Shown piece after piece: positions 9,367 through 17,691 of a stretch of 28,922 nucleotides of DNA (position 1 is the stretch's first letter; every line of letters starts with the position of its first letter). Below the pieces are notes generated by a model that saw only the letters and a program-made list of their open reading frames with translations, made no database searches and had not been told where the DNA came from. Source of the DNA: a virus; IMG/VR virus record IMGVR_UViG_3300013901_000011, positions 1 through 28,922 of that record. One strand, given 5' to 3'. A program made the position numbers and the translations under genes.

Positions 9367-9780
9367 ATGTATCCTAATTACAATTATTACCCACCTCGAC
9401 AACAGCAACAAGTGCAGCCGCAGCAACAAATTCCACCCTTTTTAAAAGGCAGACCAGTATCTTCTTTAGAAGAAGTTAGAGCTATTCCAATAGACTTTGA
9501 TGGTTCTATTTTTTACTTCCCGGATATAGCAAATAGAAGAATATATACGAAACAAATTAATTTAGACGGGACAGCATTAATAAATATGTACGAATTTAAA
9601 CCTATTCCAGTAGCACAAGAGACTACTTCTAATACAAATGCTGATAGTTTTATAACTAGAGAGGAATTTGACGAAACAATGTCAAAGATTAAAGAAATGT
9701 TTGCGGCGATACCGGCTCAAAGCCCGCAACCGGCGCAAAAAGAAGTAACTAAGAAACCCGCAGAAATGCCAAAATTTTAA
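9367..9780 (+). CDS. Hypothetical protein with a Gln/Pro/Tyr-rich N-terminus (YPNYNYYPPRQQQQVQPQQQIPP)
   Basis: The ORF has an ribosome-binding site (gaaggtaag) upstream and a low-complexity Q-rich head followed by a globular-looking domain. Its architecture is reminiscent of Q-rich spore-coat proteins such as GerQ, which is my speculation. It follows a leader of about 140 nt after the terminator. Confidence 0.45.
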   Translation: MYPNYNYYPPRQQQQVQPQQQIPPFLKGRPVSSLEEVRAIPIDFDGSIFYFPDIANRRIYTKQINLDGTALINMYEFKPIPVAQETTSNTNADSFITREEFDETMSKIKEMFAAIPAQSPQPAQKEVTKKPAEMPKF

Positions 9781-9792
9781 GGAGGAAACCGC

Positions 9793-10038
9793 ATGAATAA
9801 CGTAAATCCTATGCAGCTAATTCAGATGATTAAAGGCGGTCAAAATCCGCAACAACTTATGATGAGTATACTTGAACAACAAATGCAAAATACTCCAATG
9901 GGAGCTAATCTATTGTCTTTAGCAAAGCAGAATAGAAGTGCAGATATTGAACAAATCGCCCGCAATATATGTAAACAAAGCGGAAAAGATTTTGATAAGG
10001 AATTTAATGCCTTCAAGCAAATGCTTGGGATTAAATAA
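9793..10038 (+). CDS. Hypothetical small Gln/Met-rich protein
   Basis: There is a GGAGGA ribosome-binding site 7 nt upstream. The ORF is tightly packed behind the previous gene. I recognise no known motif. Confidence 0.45.
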   Translation: MNNVNPMQLIQMIKGGQNPQQLMMSILEQQMQNTPMGANLLSLAKQNRSADIEQIARNICKQSGKDFDKEFNAFKQMLGIK

Positions 10039-10062
10039 TAAATTTATAAGGAGGACATTAAT

Positions 10063-10833
10063 ATGTTCAATAATGCAACTAGTGGCTATAGTTTAGCCGA
10101 CATCGCAGCTGCTACTGGTACTAACCGCAATGATAATGGTTGGGGCTTTGGTGGCGACGGGGGAGCCTGGTGGATTATTATACTCTTCCTCTTCTGCTTC
10201 GCAGGATGGGGCGGAAATGGAAATGGACTCTTCGGAGGCGGTTCCACAGGTTCAGGAATTACTGATGGTTATATTTTAACATCAGATTTCGCAAACATCG
10301 AAAGAAAAATCGATGGTGTAAACAGTGGTCTTTGTGATGGATTTTATGCCATGAACACAGGCATGCTGAATGGATTTGCTGGTATCAATAACAATATTAC
10401 GCAGCAAACAATCGCAGATATGCAAAATACCAACACTATTAATGCTGGTATTACTAACTTAGGTACTCAGTTACAGCAATGCTGCTGCCAAGACAGATAT
10501 GAATCCGCACAGAACTTTGCAACTCTAAACTATAATTTAGCAGACCAAGAATGTTCTACTCGTAGAGCTGTATCTGATGCAACTAGAGACCTTATGGAAA
10601 ACCAAAACGCTAATACTAGAAGCGTATTAAGCGCACTGCAAGATATGCAAACACAGGCACTGCATGATAAAATTGCTGAACTTACAACTGCTAATTCTGA
10701 CCTTAGATTCCAAGCTAGTCAAGCAGCTCAGAACAGCTATCTTATCAATGCTCTTAATCCTTCACCTGTACCTGCATACACAGTTCCTAATCCTTATTCA
10801 AGCTATAGAAACTGTGGATGTTCAACTTTATGA
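10063..10833 (+). CDS. Gly-rich membrane protein with Cys clusters (CCCQ..., C-x-x-x-R, NCGCSTL) and a coiled-coil segment
   Basis: There is an AGGAGGA ribosome-binding site. The protein has one strongly hydrophobic segment (AWWIIILFLFCFAGWGG) flanked by GGxGG runs, then a Gln/Asn/Thr-rich helical region with Cys pairs. The DNA here is locally richer in GC than its surroundings. Confidence 0.5.
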   Translation: MFNNATSGYSLADIAAATGTNRNDNGWGFGGDGGAWWIIILFLFCFAGWGGNGNGLFGGGSTGSGITDGYILTSDFANIERKIDGVNSGLCDGFYAMNTGMLNGFAGINNNITQQTIADMQNTNTINAGITNLGTQLQQCCCQDRYESAQNFATLNYNLADQECSTRRAVSDATRDLMENQNANTRSVLSALQDMQTQALHDKIAELTTANSDLRFQASQAAQNSYLINALNPSPVPAYTVPNPYSSYRNCGCSTL

Positions 10834-10849
10834 TTAAATAGTTTGACTT

Positions 10850-10879
10850 CTAGGGAGCCCGCCAGCTCCCTAGTTTGTT
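10850..10879 (+). terminator. Rho-independent terminator
   Basis: The inverted repeat ctagggagc - ccgcca - gctccctag is followed by tttgtt. Confidence 0.6.
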
Positions 10880-10903
10880 AAACTCCTGAAAGGAGACTAA
10901 TTT

Positions 10904-11326
10904 ATGGAACTAACTAGTAACGTAGTACAAACCGTAAATGCAAATGAAAATGTTGTATTTATTACAACTAGAATCCCTGGTAATTGTTCTATTATTCATA
11001 CCGAGGGAAGTGGAAATATTAAAATGAGAGGCTTATCTAACAATCAATGCCGCTCAAGATTTAAAGTAACTTTTACTGGTAATATTGCTGTTCCTACTGG
11101 TGGAACCGCAGGTGCTATTTCTCTAGCTATTACAATAGATGGAGAAACAGTACGTACTACCAAGATGATTGTAACCCCAGCCGCAGTAGAAGAATATTTT
11201 AATGTAGCTTCATGTGTATATATTGATGTTCCTACTGGATGCTGCTCAACAACTGGTGTAACTAATACTTCAACACAAACGATTAACGTTCAAAACGCTA
11301 ATCTCATTGTAGAAAGGGTGGCGTAA
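10904..11326 (+). CDS. BclA C-terminal-domain-like (TNF/C1q-like jelly-roll) protein that lacks a collagen-like region
   Basis: There is an AGGAGA ribosome-binding site. The alternating beta-strand pattern and the C-terminus ...TINVQNANLIVERVA recall the Bacillus anthracis BclA C-terminal domain ending (...SASIIIEKVA). Internal Cys pairs are present. Its length of about 140 aa fits a single C1q-like domain. Confidence 0.4.
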   Translation: MELTSNVVQTVNANENVVFITTRIPGNCSIIHTEGSGNIKMRGLSNNQCRSRFKVTFTGNIAVPTGGTAGAISLAITIDGETVRTTKMIVTPAAVEEYFNVASCVYIDVPTGCCSTTGVTNTSTQTINVQNANLIVERVA

Positions 11327-11329
11327 TAT

Positions 11330-11875
11330 ATGCATAGACTATATGATATGAAAAACTGTTTAATTAGCGCCGCTCAATCTCAAATGGGTAATCTTCAAGA
11401 TTGTGATGCTGAAGAATTAGGTGAAGTAGTTGATATGATAAAAGACCTCGAAGAGGCTATTTATTATTGTACAATTACAAAAGCTATGAATGAGAAATCT
11501 GAAAATAATAATGACACTTCTCAGTATCGTATGTATTACAGAGAAAGAGGAGGTCAAGACTATGGTAATAATTCCTCTTCATATAATAACTATCCTAGAA
11601 CTGATAAGCATATTGATAAAAGTAATGAACCTTATCGTGAAAGAGAATTTCCTATAGAGATGCGCGATGCGCGTGAGGGTCGCAGTCCAATGCGTCGCCG
11701 CATGTATATGGAATCTAAAGAACTCCATAAGGATAAAATAACCGCAATGAAAGAACTTGAAGAATATATGCAAGAATTAAGTTCTGACATCTGTGAAATG
11801 ATTGAAGATGCTTCTCCAGAAGAGAAACAATTACTTCAAAAGAAAATTATTGCTCTATCAAATAAAATACAATGA
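11330..11875 (+). CDS. Hypothetical highly charged, disorder-prone protein
   Basis: The ORF is separated from the previous stop by only 3 nt. It is Glu/Arg/Lys/Asn-rich with no recognisable motif. Its end overlaps the next start (ATGA). Confidence 0.4.
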   Translation: MHRLYDMKNCLISAAQSQMGNLQDCDAEELGEVVDMIKDLEEAIYYCTITKAMNEKSENNNDTSQYRMYYRERGGQDYGNNSSSYNNYPRTDKHIDKSNEPYREREFPIEMRDAREGRSPMRRRMYMESKELHKDKITAMKELEEYMQELSSDICEMIEDASPEEKQLLQKKIIALSNKIQ

Positions 11876-12189
11876 TTAAAATAAACGGAGAGACTTGGAG
11901 AATATTTCTTGTCTCTCCTAATCATCCAATTCTATATTCTAATGGTATATATACACTTGGAGCTTGTGACAATGCCACACATTCAATCTATATAAATGAA
12001 AACCTTAATTCTCGTAAGATGAAAAAAGTATTATGCCATGAGATAACACATGCGGCAATGTTTAGCTATGACGTAGAATTAACGTTAGAGCAAGAAGAAC
12101 TTTTAGCAGATTTACTTGCTACTTATGGGCAAGAAATCATCGACATTACAAATGAAATCTTTACAAAATTAAAGAGGAATAGTGATTAG
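11872..12189 (+). CDS. HEXXH zinc metallopeptidase domain protein, ImmA/IrrE (M78/DUF955)-like, orphan
   Basis: It contains ...GACDNATHSIYINENLNSRKMKKVLCHEITHAAMFSY... . The HEITH motif is preceded by a G-x-C-D ... I-Y-I-N block typical of ImmA/IrrE-type peptidases. No helix-turn-helix partner lies adjacent. Confidence 0.5.
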   Translation: MIKINGETWRIFLVSPNHPILYSNGIYTLGACDNATHSIYINENLNSRKMKKVLCHEITHAAMFSYDVELTLEQEELLADLLATYGQEIIDITNEIFTKLKRNSD

Positions 12190-12222
12190 ATAGGTTAATA
12201 AATATTCCTCTTTTTTTATTTG
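12171..12222 (+). terminator. Probable terminator between the converging + and - gene blocks
   Basis: An 11-bp stem aaagaggaata / tattcctcttt carries a 21-nt loop and is followed by ttttttatttg. The stop codons of the two convergent genes lie only 26 nt apart. Confidence 0.4.
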
Positions 12223-12647
12223 TCTGAAATGTGTTTAGCTTTTTGTTCAACAAGAGCAAATAAGCTATCACCATTATGATTACCCTTCAAACCATTATAA
12301 GCGTCATGGTCTTCAATACACTGTTGGTATTCTTCTAAGGTTATATCATGGTCTTCAGCGAGTAATTCTTGACATTCGGCAATAAATTCTTTTTTTTGCA
12401 TCGAAAGAATTCCTTTTCTTAGGGCATCTAGTTGCTTTTGGAGTTGATGGTCTCCATCTCTTGATTCCTTCTCTATCTCATCATATCGAGCAAACATATC
12501 CTTTTTAAGTTTATCATAAAACTTAGCACGTTCAGTATTTTGTTCCTCTTCTTTTAATTTCATATATCTTTTAATAAAATATCCACTGCCAGCAACTATT
12601 AAGCCAAATCCGAATTCGACCCAATATTTAATTATAAAGTCTAACAT
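12216..12647 (-). CDS. Single-pass membrane protein with a coiled-coil tail (hypothetical)
   Basis: An N-terminal transmembrane segment (YWVEFGFGLIVAGSGYFI) is followed by a charged helical region. The start codon is preceded by taggagggacacc. Confidence 0.5.
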   Translation of the reverse strand: MLDFIIKYWVEFGFGLIVAGSGYFIKRYMKLKEEEQNTERAKFYDKLKKDMFARYDEIEKESRDGDHQLQKQLDALRKGILSMQKKEFIAECQELLAEDHDITLEEYQQCIEDHDAYNGLKGNHNGDSLFALVEQKAKHISDK

Positions 12648-12708
12648 GGTGTCCCTCCTACCTTAATTCTCATATAGAATTAAAAAATAGGAAAGTCAAA
12701 TTTATTTA

Positions 12709-13197
12709 TTAAGACCAATCAAACATTTCTGTCTCTTCTTTTACAAAATAATGAGTTCCAATACATATTGCATCAGCTTCATCTTCTGTACATTTTAATC
12801 CATAAGTAGATTGAACATAAGCTTGCGCGTTCTTCTTCTGCTCCGCCCTAACTCTACCTTTAATCTGCAAAGTAGACCGCCATTGTACCGCCAAGACTGA
12901 GCTATTAGGCATCTTAGTTTCTGTAAAATATTCACATAAAACACCAATAACTTCCGCAAGTTTTTTAAATGTTAATACATTGTTTCCCGCGCCATTTTTT
13001 AACTGTATATCTTCAAAGATAACTTCATCTACTTCATACTTTTCAATTAATTCCTTAACCTTATTCTTAATATTCATTAATCTTTCACCAAAATCTTTAT
13101 CGGTAAAAGTAAAGTGTCCATAATCAAGAAGTTTGCCGTCTTCAAAAACGGCAAACCCTGATATTCGACTACTCTGGTCTAAAGCCAATAATTTCAT
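12709..13197 (-). CDS. ruvC: RuvC-like Holliday junction resolvase (Firmicute-phage type)
   Basis: The N-terminus KLLALDQSSRISGFAVFEDGKL matches the resolvase start motif. Acidic catalytic candidates lie at LALD, FEDIQ and TEDEADAICIG. The size is 162 aa. Confidence 0.7.
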   Translation of the reverse strand: MKLLALDQSSRISGFAVFEDGKLLDYGHFTFTDKDFGERLMNIKNKVKELIEKYEVDEVIFEDIQLKNGAGNNVLTFKKLAEVIGVLCEYFTETKMPNSSVLAVQWRSTLQIKGRVRAEQKKNAQAYVQSTYGLKCTEDEADAICIGTHYFVKEETEMFDWS

Positions 13198-13775
13198 TAA
13201 ATAGCGGACATAAGAGCTGGGGATACTGCAATATTATCAGCATCAGTAGAACCAAATCCGCCTGCTCTTGTCTTATTGAACTGAGTATCATCTGAGGTTT
13301 TATAATATTTCTTGATAATACCTTGCCCAATAATATCTCCTTTTTTAATTTGAATAGGATAAGGACTTAAATTAATTAGCTGAAAGAAAATTTCTCCTTC
13401 ATTAGCTTCGCAGTCATAATAATCTGCATCAATAATACCAACACCATTAGCTAAAATAAGCCAATATTTAAGCGGAGTAGATGAACGAACTGAAAGTTCA
13501 AGGTATTTATCCAATGGTAGTTTACATTTAACTCCAGTAGATACAAGAACTGGTCTTGCTCCTGGTTTATCAGTCATTTTCTTCATCGCATCTAATGTAA
13601 AAATTGAATTTTCCGAATAACCATTTTTACACATTTCTGTTACTGATTGATAATATGGCGGTATTAGCACATCTTCTGCGGCAGCCATATCATAACCTGC
13701 GGCGTTCGCTGTTGCGCGCACAGGCATTTTAATATCTTCATCTTTAAATCTGGAAACTTTTTCAAACTTAATCAT
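13197..13775 (-). CDS. dut: dUTP diphosphatase (dUTPase)
   Basis: The dUTPase motifs are present: AAGYDMAA (motif I), GIIDADYY (motif III) and RAGGFGSTD (motif V). Confidence 0.75.
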   Translation of the reverse strand: MIKFEKVSRFKDEDIKMPVRATANAAGYDMAAAEDVLIPPYYQSVTEMCKNGYSENSIFTLDAMKKMTDKPGARPVLVSTGVKCKLPLDKYLELSVRSSTPLKYWLILANGVGIIDADYYDCEANEGEIFFQLINLSPYPIQIKKGDIIGQGIIKKYYKTSDDTQFNKTRAGGFGSTDADNIAVSPALMSAI

Positions 13776-14023
13776 TAAAATGTTACCTCGTAAGATGCGT
13801 CTACTTTCTGCTCTGGGTCTTTCTCAGGAGTGAAAGAAATGGTAGCCTTGACGAGCTGATACTCTTCAACAATTTGCCCTTTTTCCTTGATATACTTTGT
13901 CGTATAAGCAAAATTAATAAGCTCGCCGCAATCAATAGCTTCAAGTTCCTCACGAAGCTTTAAAGCATCATCTACTGTTGGAACTCTGTACACATTAGTT
14001 GTTTTAATTAAATAATTACTCAT
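13775..14023 (-). CDS. Hypothetical protein
   Basis: The ORF is tightly coupled in the - strand operon (start and stop overlap). No motif is recognised. Confidence 0.4.
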   Translation of the reverse strand: MSNYLIKTTNVYRVPTVDDALKLREELEAIDCGELINFAYTTKYIKEKGQIVEEYQLVKATISFTPEKDPEQKVDASYEVTF

Positions 14024-14273
14024 TCACCTTTACCTCCACTACATTATGTCCATATTCTGATTTACTATATTCTAATATATTATCTTTTATTTCATCTAAA
14101 TAACTTGTATTACCCATTAAATGTGCAGTTCCAATATGACGACTTCTACAAAAATCTGTAATTGTTTCAACTGCTCTATTTAATGGAATTTTTTCATCTA
14201 TTGATTTATCTTCTGTTTGAATCTGAACCGTCATATCAAACATAGAAAAAATACAATATAAATCTTTAACCAT
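14016..14273 (-). CDS. Hypothetical protein
   Basis: The ORF overlaps and is coupled within the operon. No motif is recognised. Confidence 0.4.
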   Translation of the reverse strand: MVKDLYCIFSMFDMTVQIQTEDKSIDEKIPLNRAVETITDFCRSRHIGTAHLMGNTSYLDEIKDNILEYSKSEYGHNVVEVKVNE

Positions 14274-14823
14274 TGAAATTCACCATTCCTTCATCCCAAC
14301 CGCCAAGATACAAACAAGTAATTCTATCCTTATATTTAATCCAAAACTCAACAACTTTTTGAGTTTCAAGGTAAGAAATATCATAAATTTCAGAAAATTC
14401 AGATAAAAGGTCAACCGCAGTTCCCATTAAATCTTTTTCTGAGTTATCTCTAACTCGATTAAAAATCGTAAAATAACCAATTTCTTTTCCATATAAAAGA
14501 TATAAATTATCATCAGTATCTTTATCAAGAGATTCTTGACAAGCTTTAATCACTCCATTAACTTTTCTTTTAGCCATTGGTCCAAGCTGTTCAACTATTG
14601 ATTTATTAATATCATAAATATTTAAGGCTAATTGACCTGTAGCTGTTTTTTTAACATCTACTGGCTCCCAGTCATTTCCATTGAAAAGAAAATACTGGTT
14701 ATTATCTTCAGTACAAGCAATTTGCCCTGTTTTATATTGCTCTTTTAACATTCCTAACTCAAAAATATTTTTAGCATATACAATGCTTTCTTGAGCTGGA
14801 GCTTCAATTATTTCTTCACTCAT
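14266..14823 (-). CDS. Hypothetical protein
   Basis: A 185-aa ORF downstream of nrdG. No motif is recognised. Confidence 0.45.
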   Translation of the reverse strand: MSEEIIEAPAQESIVYAKNIFELGMLKEQYKTGQIACTEDNNQYFLFNGNDWEPVDVKKTATGQLALNIYDINKSIVEQLGPMAKRKVNGVIKACQESLDKDTDDNLYLLYGKEIGYFTIFNRVRDNSEKDLMGTAVDLLSEFSEIYDISYLETQKVVEFWIKYKDRITCLYLGGWDEGMVNFNG

Positions 14824-14877
14824 TTTATTATTTCCTTTTTCATTTTTTATATATATAATTATATAATTTTTTATATA

Positions 14878-15384
14878 TTATGTCAATTTTACAAAATCAC
14901 CAAATTCATCACGTTCATAAATATCTTGATTGCTTGAACCGCGCAAAGGTAAAGTAATATCTCTTTTATCTTGCTCAAAAGGTCCGTCTATAAGAACGTC
15001 AACAAATCCAAGAATAACTTTAATATAACTATCATTCATATGGTCTAATTCTTTCTTGGTATAACCAGTCCATAAATAAACCTTTAAATCTGGAATTCTA
15101 ATTTTAAGACAAGATAAAATATAACAAATATCTTCTCTATTTTGTTCAGCTAGTGGTTCTCCACCTAAAATACTTAAACTTCTATGAATTCCATTACTTT
15201 TAATTGCATCATAAAGCTCTTCAATTAAAATATCAACATCTTTTTCATAACCACCATTAAAATCCCAAGCTTCTGAGTTATGACACCCAGGGCAATGTCT
15301 ATCACAGCCCTGAGTGAAAAGAGATACAGTAAAGCCAGATTTTGTATTTACAACATCATTTTTAATAATTCCAAAATAACGCAT
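14878..15384 (-). CDS. nrdG: Anaerobic ribonucleotide reductase activating protein (radical SAM)
   Basis: GCDRHCPGCHN is a C-x3-C-x2-C radical-SAM cluster at the N-terminus. The size is about 168 aa. The start overlaps the nrdD stop. Confidence 0.8.
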   Translation of the reverse strand: MRYFGIIKNDVVNTKSGFTVSLFTQGCDRHCPGCHNSEAWDFNGGYEKDVDILIEELYDAIKSNGIHRSLSILGGEPLAEQNREDICYILSCLKIRIPDLKVYLWTGYTKKELDHMNDSYIKVILGFVDVLIDGPFEQDKRDITLPLRGSSNQDIYERDEFGDFVKLT

Positions 15385-17639
15385 TATTGTTCTAACCTTC
15401 CTATATGTTTTATTCTAAGATGAACTTCATTTTGTTTGCCAAGATTAAATGCAGTTTTATAATTACCTGTTAAATAACCTGTTACTCTACGTAATTGCTG
15501 AATATTTTTACTTCCGCAAATTGGACAACAATCATTAAATTCTCCAGTATAGCCACAATCCAAACAAGTGTCATTTGGCACATTAATTGCAAAATAAGGA
15601 ATATCGTGGTCCATTGCATATTGGACTATTTCGTCCAAAGCGTCCAAATTATTTTTAACCGCACCATCTAATTCAACATAAGTAATACATCCCGCAGAAG
15701 AATATCCTGTTAACTGACATTCAATATCAATTTTCTCAAAAGGAGAAACTTCTTTCCAGACTGGAACATGCATTGAATTAGTAAAGAAATCTTTATCACT
15801 TACATCTTTAATTACGCCATATTTAGCTCTAAATTTTTTAAGTGCGGTATAGCAAAGGTTTTCGGCTGGAGTATAGTATACCCCGAAGTTAAGCCTATAT
15901 TCTTCTTTAAATTCCGCACATCTATCTTTAAATAACTGTTCAACCTTCTTAGCTAATTCCATTCCTTTTGGTTCTGTATGGTCACAGCCAATAAGAATTT
16001 GTAATGCCTCTGCTAAACCTAATTGTCCAACAGCTAAAGTACCATGTTTAAGAGCACTTCTAATTCCTTCTTCTGGAACATAACCAGCCATAGTACCATT
16101 TTCATACATGAATTTTGCGGAATCTGCCGGCTGAGAACAAATCCATTCAAAGCGCTCAATTAACATATCTTTTGCCTCATGGATTTTTGTATCAAGTAAA
16201 TCCATAAATACATCAATAATATTATCATCATAAGTATTATCAAAAGATTCTTTAGCTTCCATTGCTAAAGTGGGCAATATGATAGTTACAGGACAAATGT
16301 TGCCGCGCCCATCTTTCTTTTGACCAAAACCATTGATGTCCCAGCCATTGGCCGTGCGGCAACCCATTGTTGAGAAGTAAGTCGTCGGGTCATCTGGGTC
16401 ATATCCTGCATTACCGCTCCAATCGCAATTTGCATAATTAGGATAAAGCCTTGTCGCAGTTGATTTAAGGGCTAATCTATATAAATCATAATTTGGTTCT
16501 CCTGGTTTGCGGTTAACGCCTTTCATACACTGAAAGATACCACATGGGAAAATACTAGTTTTGTGAATTCTACCGACACCCGCCAAAGAACCTTCAAGCA
16601 AAGCTTTAATTACCATTCGTCCTTCTGGAAGTGTACATGTTCCATAATTAATAGAAGTAAAAGGTAACTGATTACCACTTCTACTCTGTAAAGTATTTAA
16701 GTTATGATACATACCCTCAACAGCTTGCTTCGTTTCTTTTTCAGTCATATCATAAGCATATTCATATGTTTTTGGGTAGTTTTCTTTAATATAAGAATCT
16801 ACAATACTAATTTCTTTTCCAGAAGCAAGTAAATCCTCGATATATTTATCTCCATGTGCAATGTACTTAAATCCTTCAATTAAATGCTTTCTGAAAGATT
16901 TCCTTACATATGGAACCGCAGACCAATCAAGATGAGTAGCAGAAACACCTCCAAACTGTTGCAAACTCTGAAGCTGAAATAATACTGCCAAAAGTTGAAA
17001 GAATGTACTGATACTATTTGCTGGACGTACATCAGTTTGTCTTGTATTAAAACCTTTTTCCATGAGAGGGTCTATTGGTAAACTTAAACAGTTATGTGAA
17101 CCAACAGCATATGAACCTGCATCATGAATATAAATTTCATTGTTCATATGGTTCTCTCTAGATTTTTTAGAAATAATATAATCAAAAGCATATTCTTTTG
17201 TCATGACTTCCGCAGCTTCGCCTAAGCGACCTCCAAAAGAGTGCTCATCTACGTTAGCATTTTGATTCTGTACATTGCGGGCTTCCAATTTTTCTCTAAT
17301 TGGCGCAATAAAAACTGCTTCGTGTTCACGCTGTACTTCTTGTTTATAACGATAACGAATATAAGCTCTAGCTACATCTCTACGCTCAGATTGCATAAGC
17401 TCATCTTCTACCATATCTTGAATATCTTCAACTGAAACCGCAGTAGCTCTTTCTTCATCAATCTCATACATTGCATCTTCAATCTCTTTGGCGATGTCTT
17501 TTGCTGTATCATCTTCATAAAGCTGACCGTCTACTTCAATTAAAGCTTTATTAATTGCATTTATAATCTTTTGTCTATCAAAGGGAACTAAAGTTCCGTT
17601 ACGTTTTTGTATCTGCAACATAATGTTGTATTCCCCCAT
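15384..17639 (-). CDS. nrdD: Anaerobic ribonucleoside-triphosphate reductase (class III RNR)
   Basis: There is an N-terminal ATP-cone (LQIQKRNGTLVPFDRQKIINAINKA). A C-terminal Zn-ribbon Cys cluster (CLDCGYTGEFNDCCPICGS) is followed by the glycyl-radical motif RRVTGYLTG. The length is 751 aa. Confidence 0.85.
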   Translation of the reverse strand: MGEYNIMLQIQKRNGTLVPFDRQKIINAINKALIEVDGQLYEDDTAKDIAKEIEDAMYEIDEERATAVSVEDIQDMVEDELMQSERRDVARAYIRYRYKQEVQREHEAVFIAPIREKLEARNVQNQNANVDEHSFGGRLGEAAEVMTKEYAFDYIISKKSRENHMNNEIYIHDAGSYAVGSHNCLSLPIDPLMEKGFNTRQTDVRPANSISTFFQLLAVLFQLQSLQQFGGVSATHLDWSAVPYVRKSFRKHLIEGFKYIAHGDKYIEDLLASGKEISIVDSYIKENYPKTYEYAYDMTEKETKQAVEGMYHNLNTLQSRSGNQLPFTSINYGTCTLPEGRMVIKALLEGSLAGVGRIHKTSIFPCGIFQCMKGVNRKPGEPNYDLYRLALKSTATRLYPNYANCDWSGNAGYDPDDPTTYFSTMGCRTANGWDINGFGQKKDGRGNICPVTIILPTLAMEAKESFDNTYDDNIIDVFMDLLDTKIHEAKDMLIERFEWICSQPADSAKFMYENGTMAGYVPEEGIRSALKHGTLAVGQLGLAEALQILIGCDHTEPKGMELAKKVEQLFKDRCAEFKEEYRLNFGVYYTPAENLCYTALKKFRAKYGVIKDVSDKDFFTNSMHVPVWKEVSPFEKIDIECQLTGYSSAGCITYVELDGAVKNNLDALDEIVQYAMDHDIPYFAINVPNDTCLDCGYTGEFNDCCPICGSKNIQQLRRVTGYLTGNYKTAFNLGKQNEVHLRIKHIGRLEQ

Positions 17640-17691
17640 TCTAAATTTTGTGTCTCGTACTATATTTAGACGAAAGTTATAGATTTTTTAA

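Noticed and set aside
12709-13197. The 162-aa ORF as an RNase H-like transposase fragment rather than a resolvase.
   Set aside because: Its size, the N-terminal LALDQSS motif, the C-terminal EDEADAI acidic cluster and its placement among replication and recombination genes fit a phage RuvC-like resolvase better. No terminal inverted repeats or transposase partner are present.
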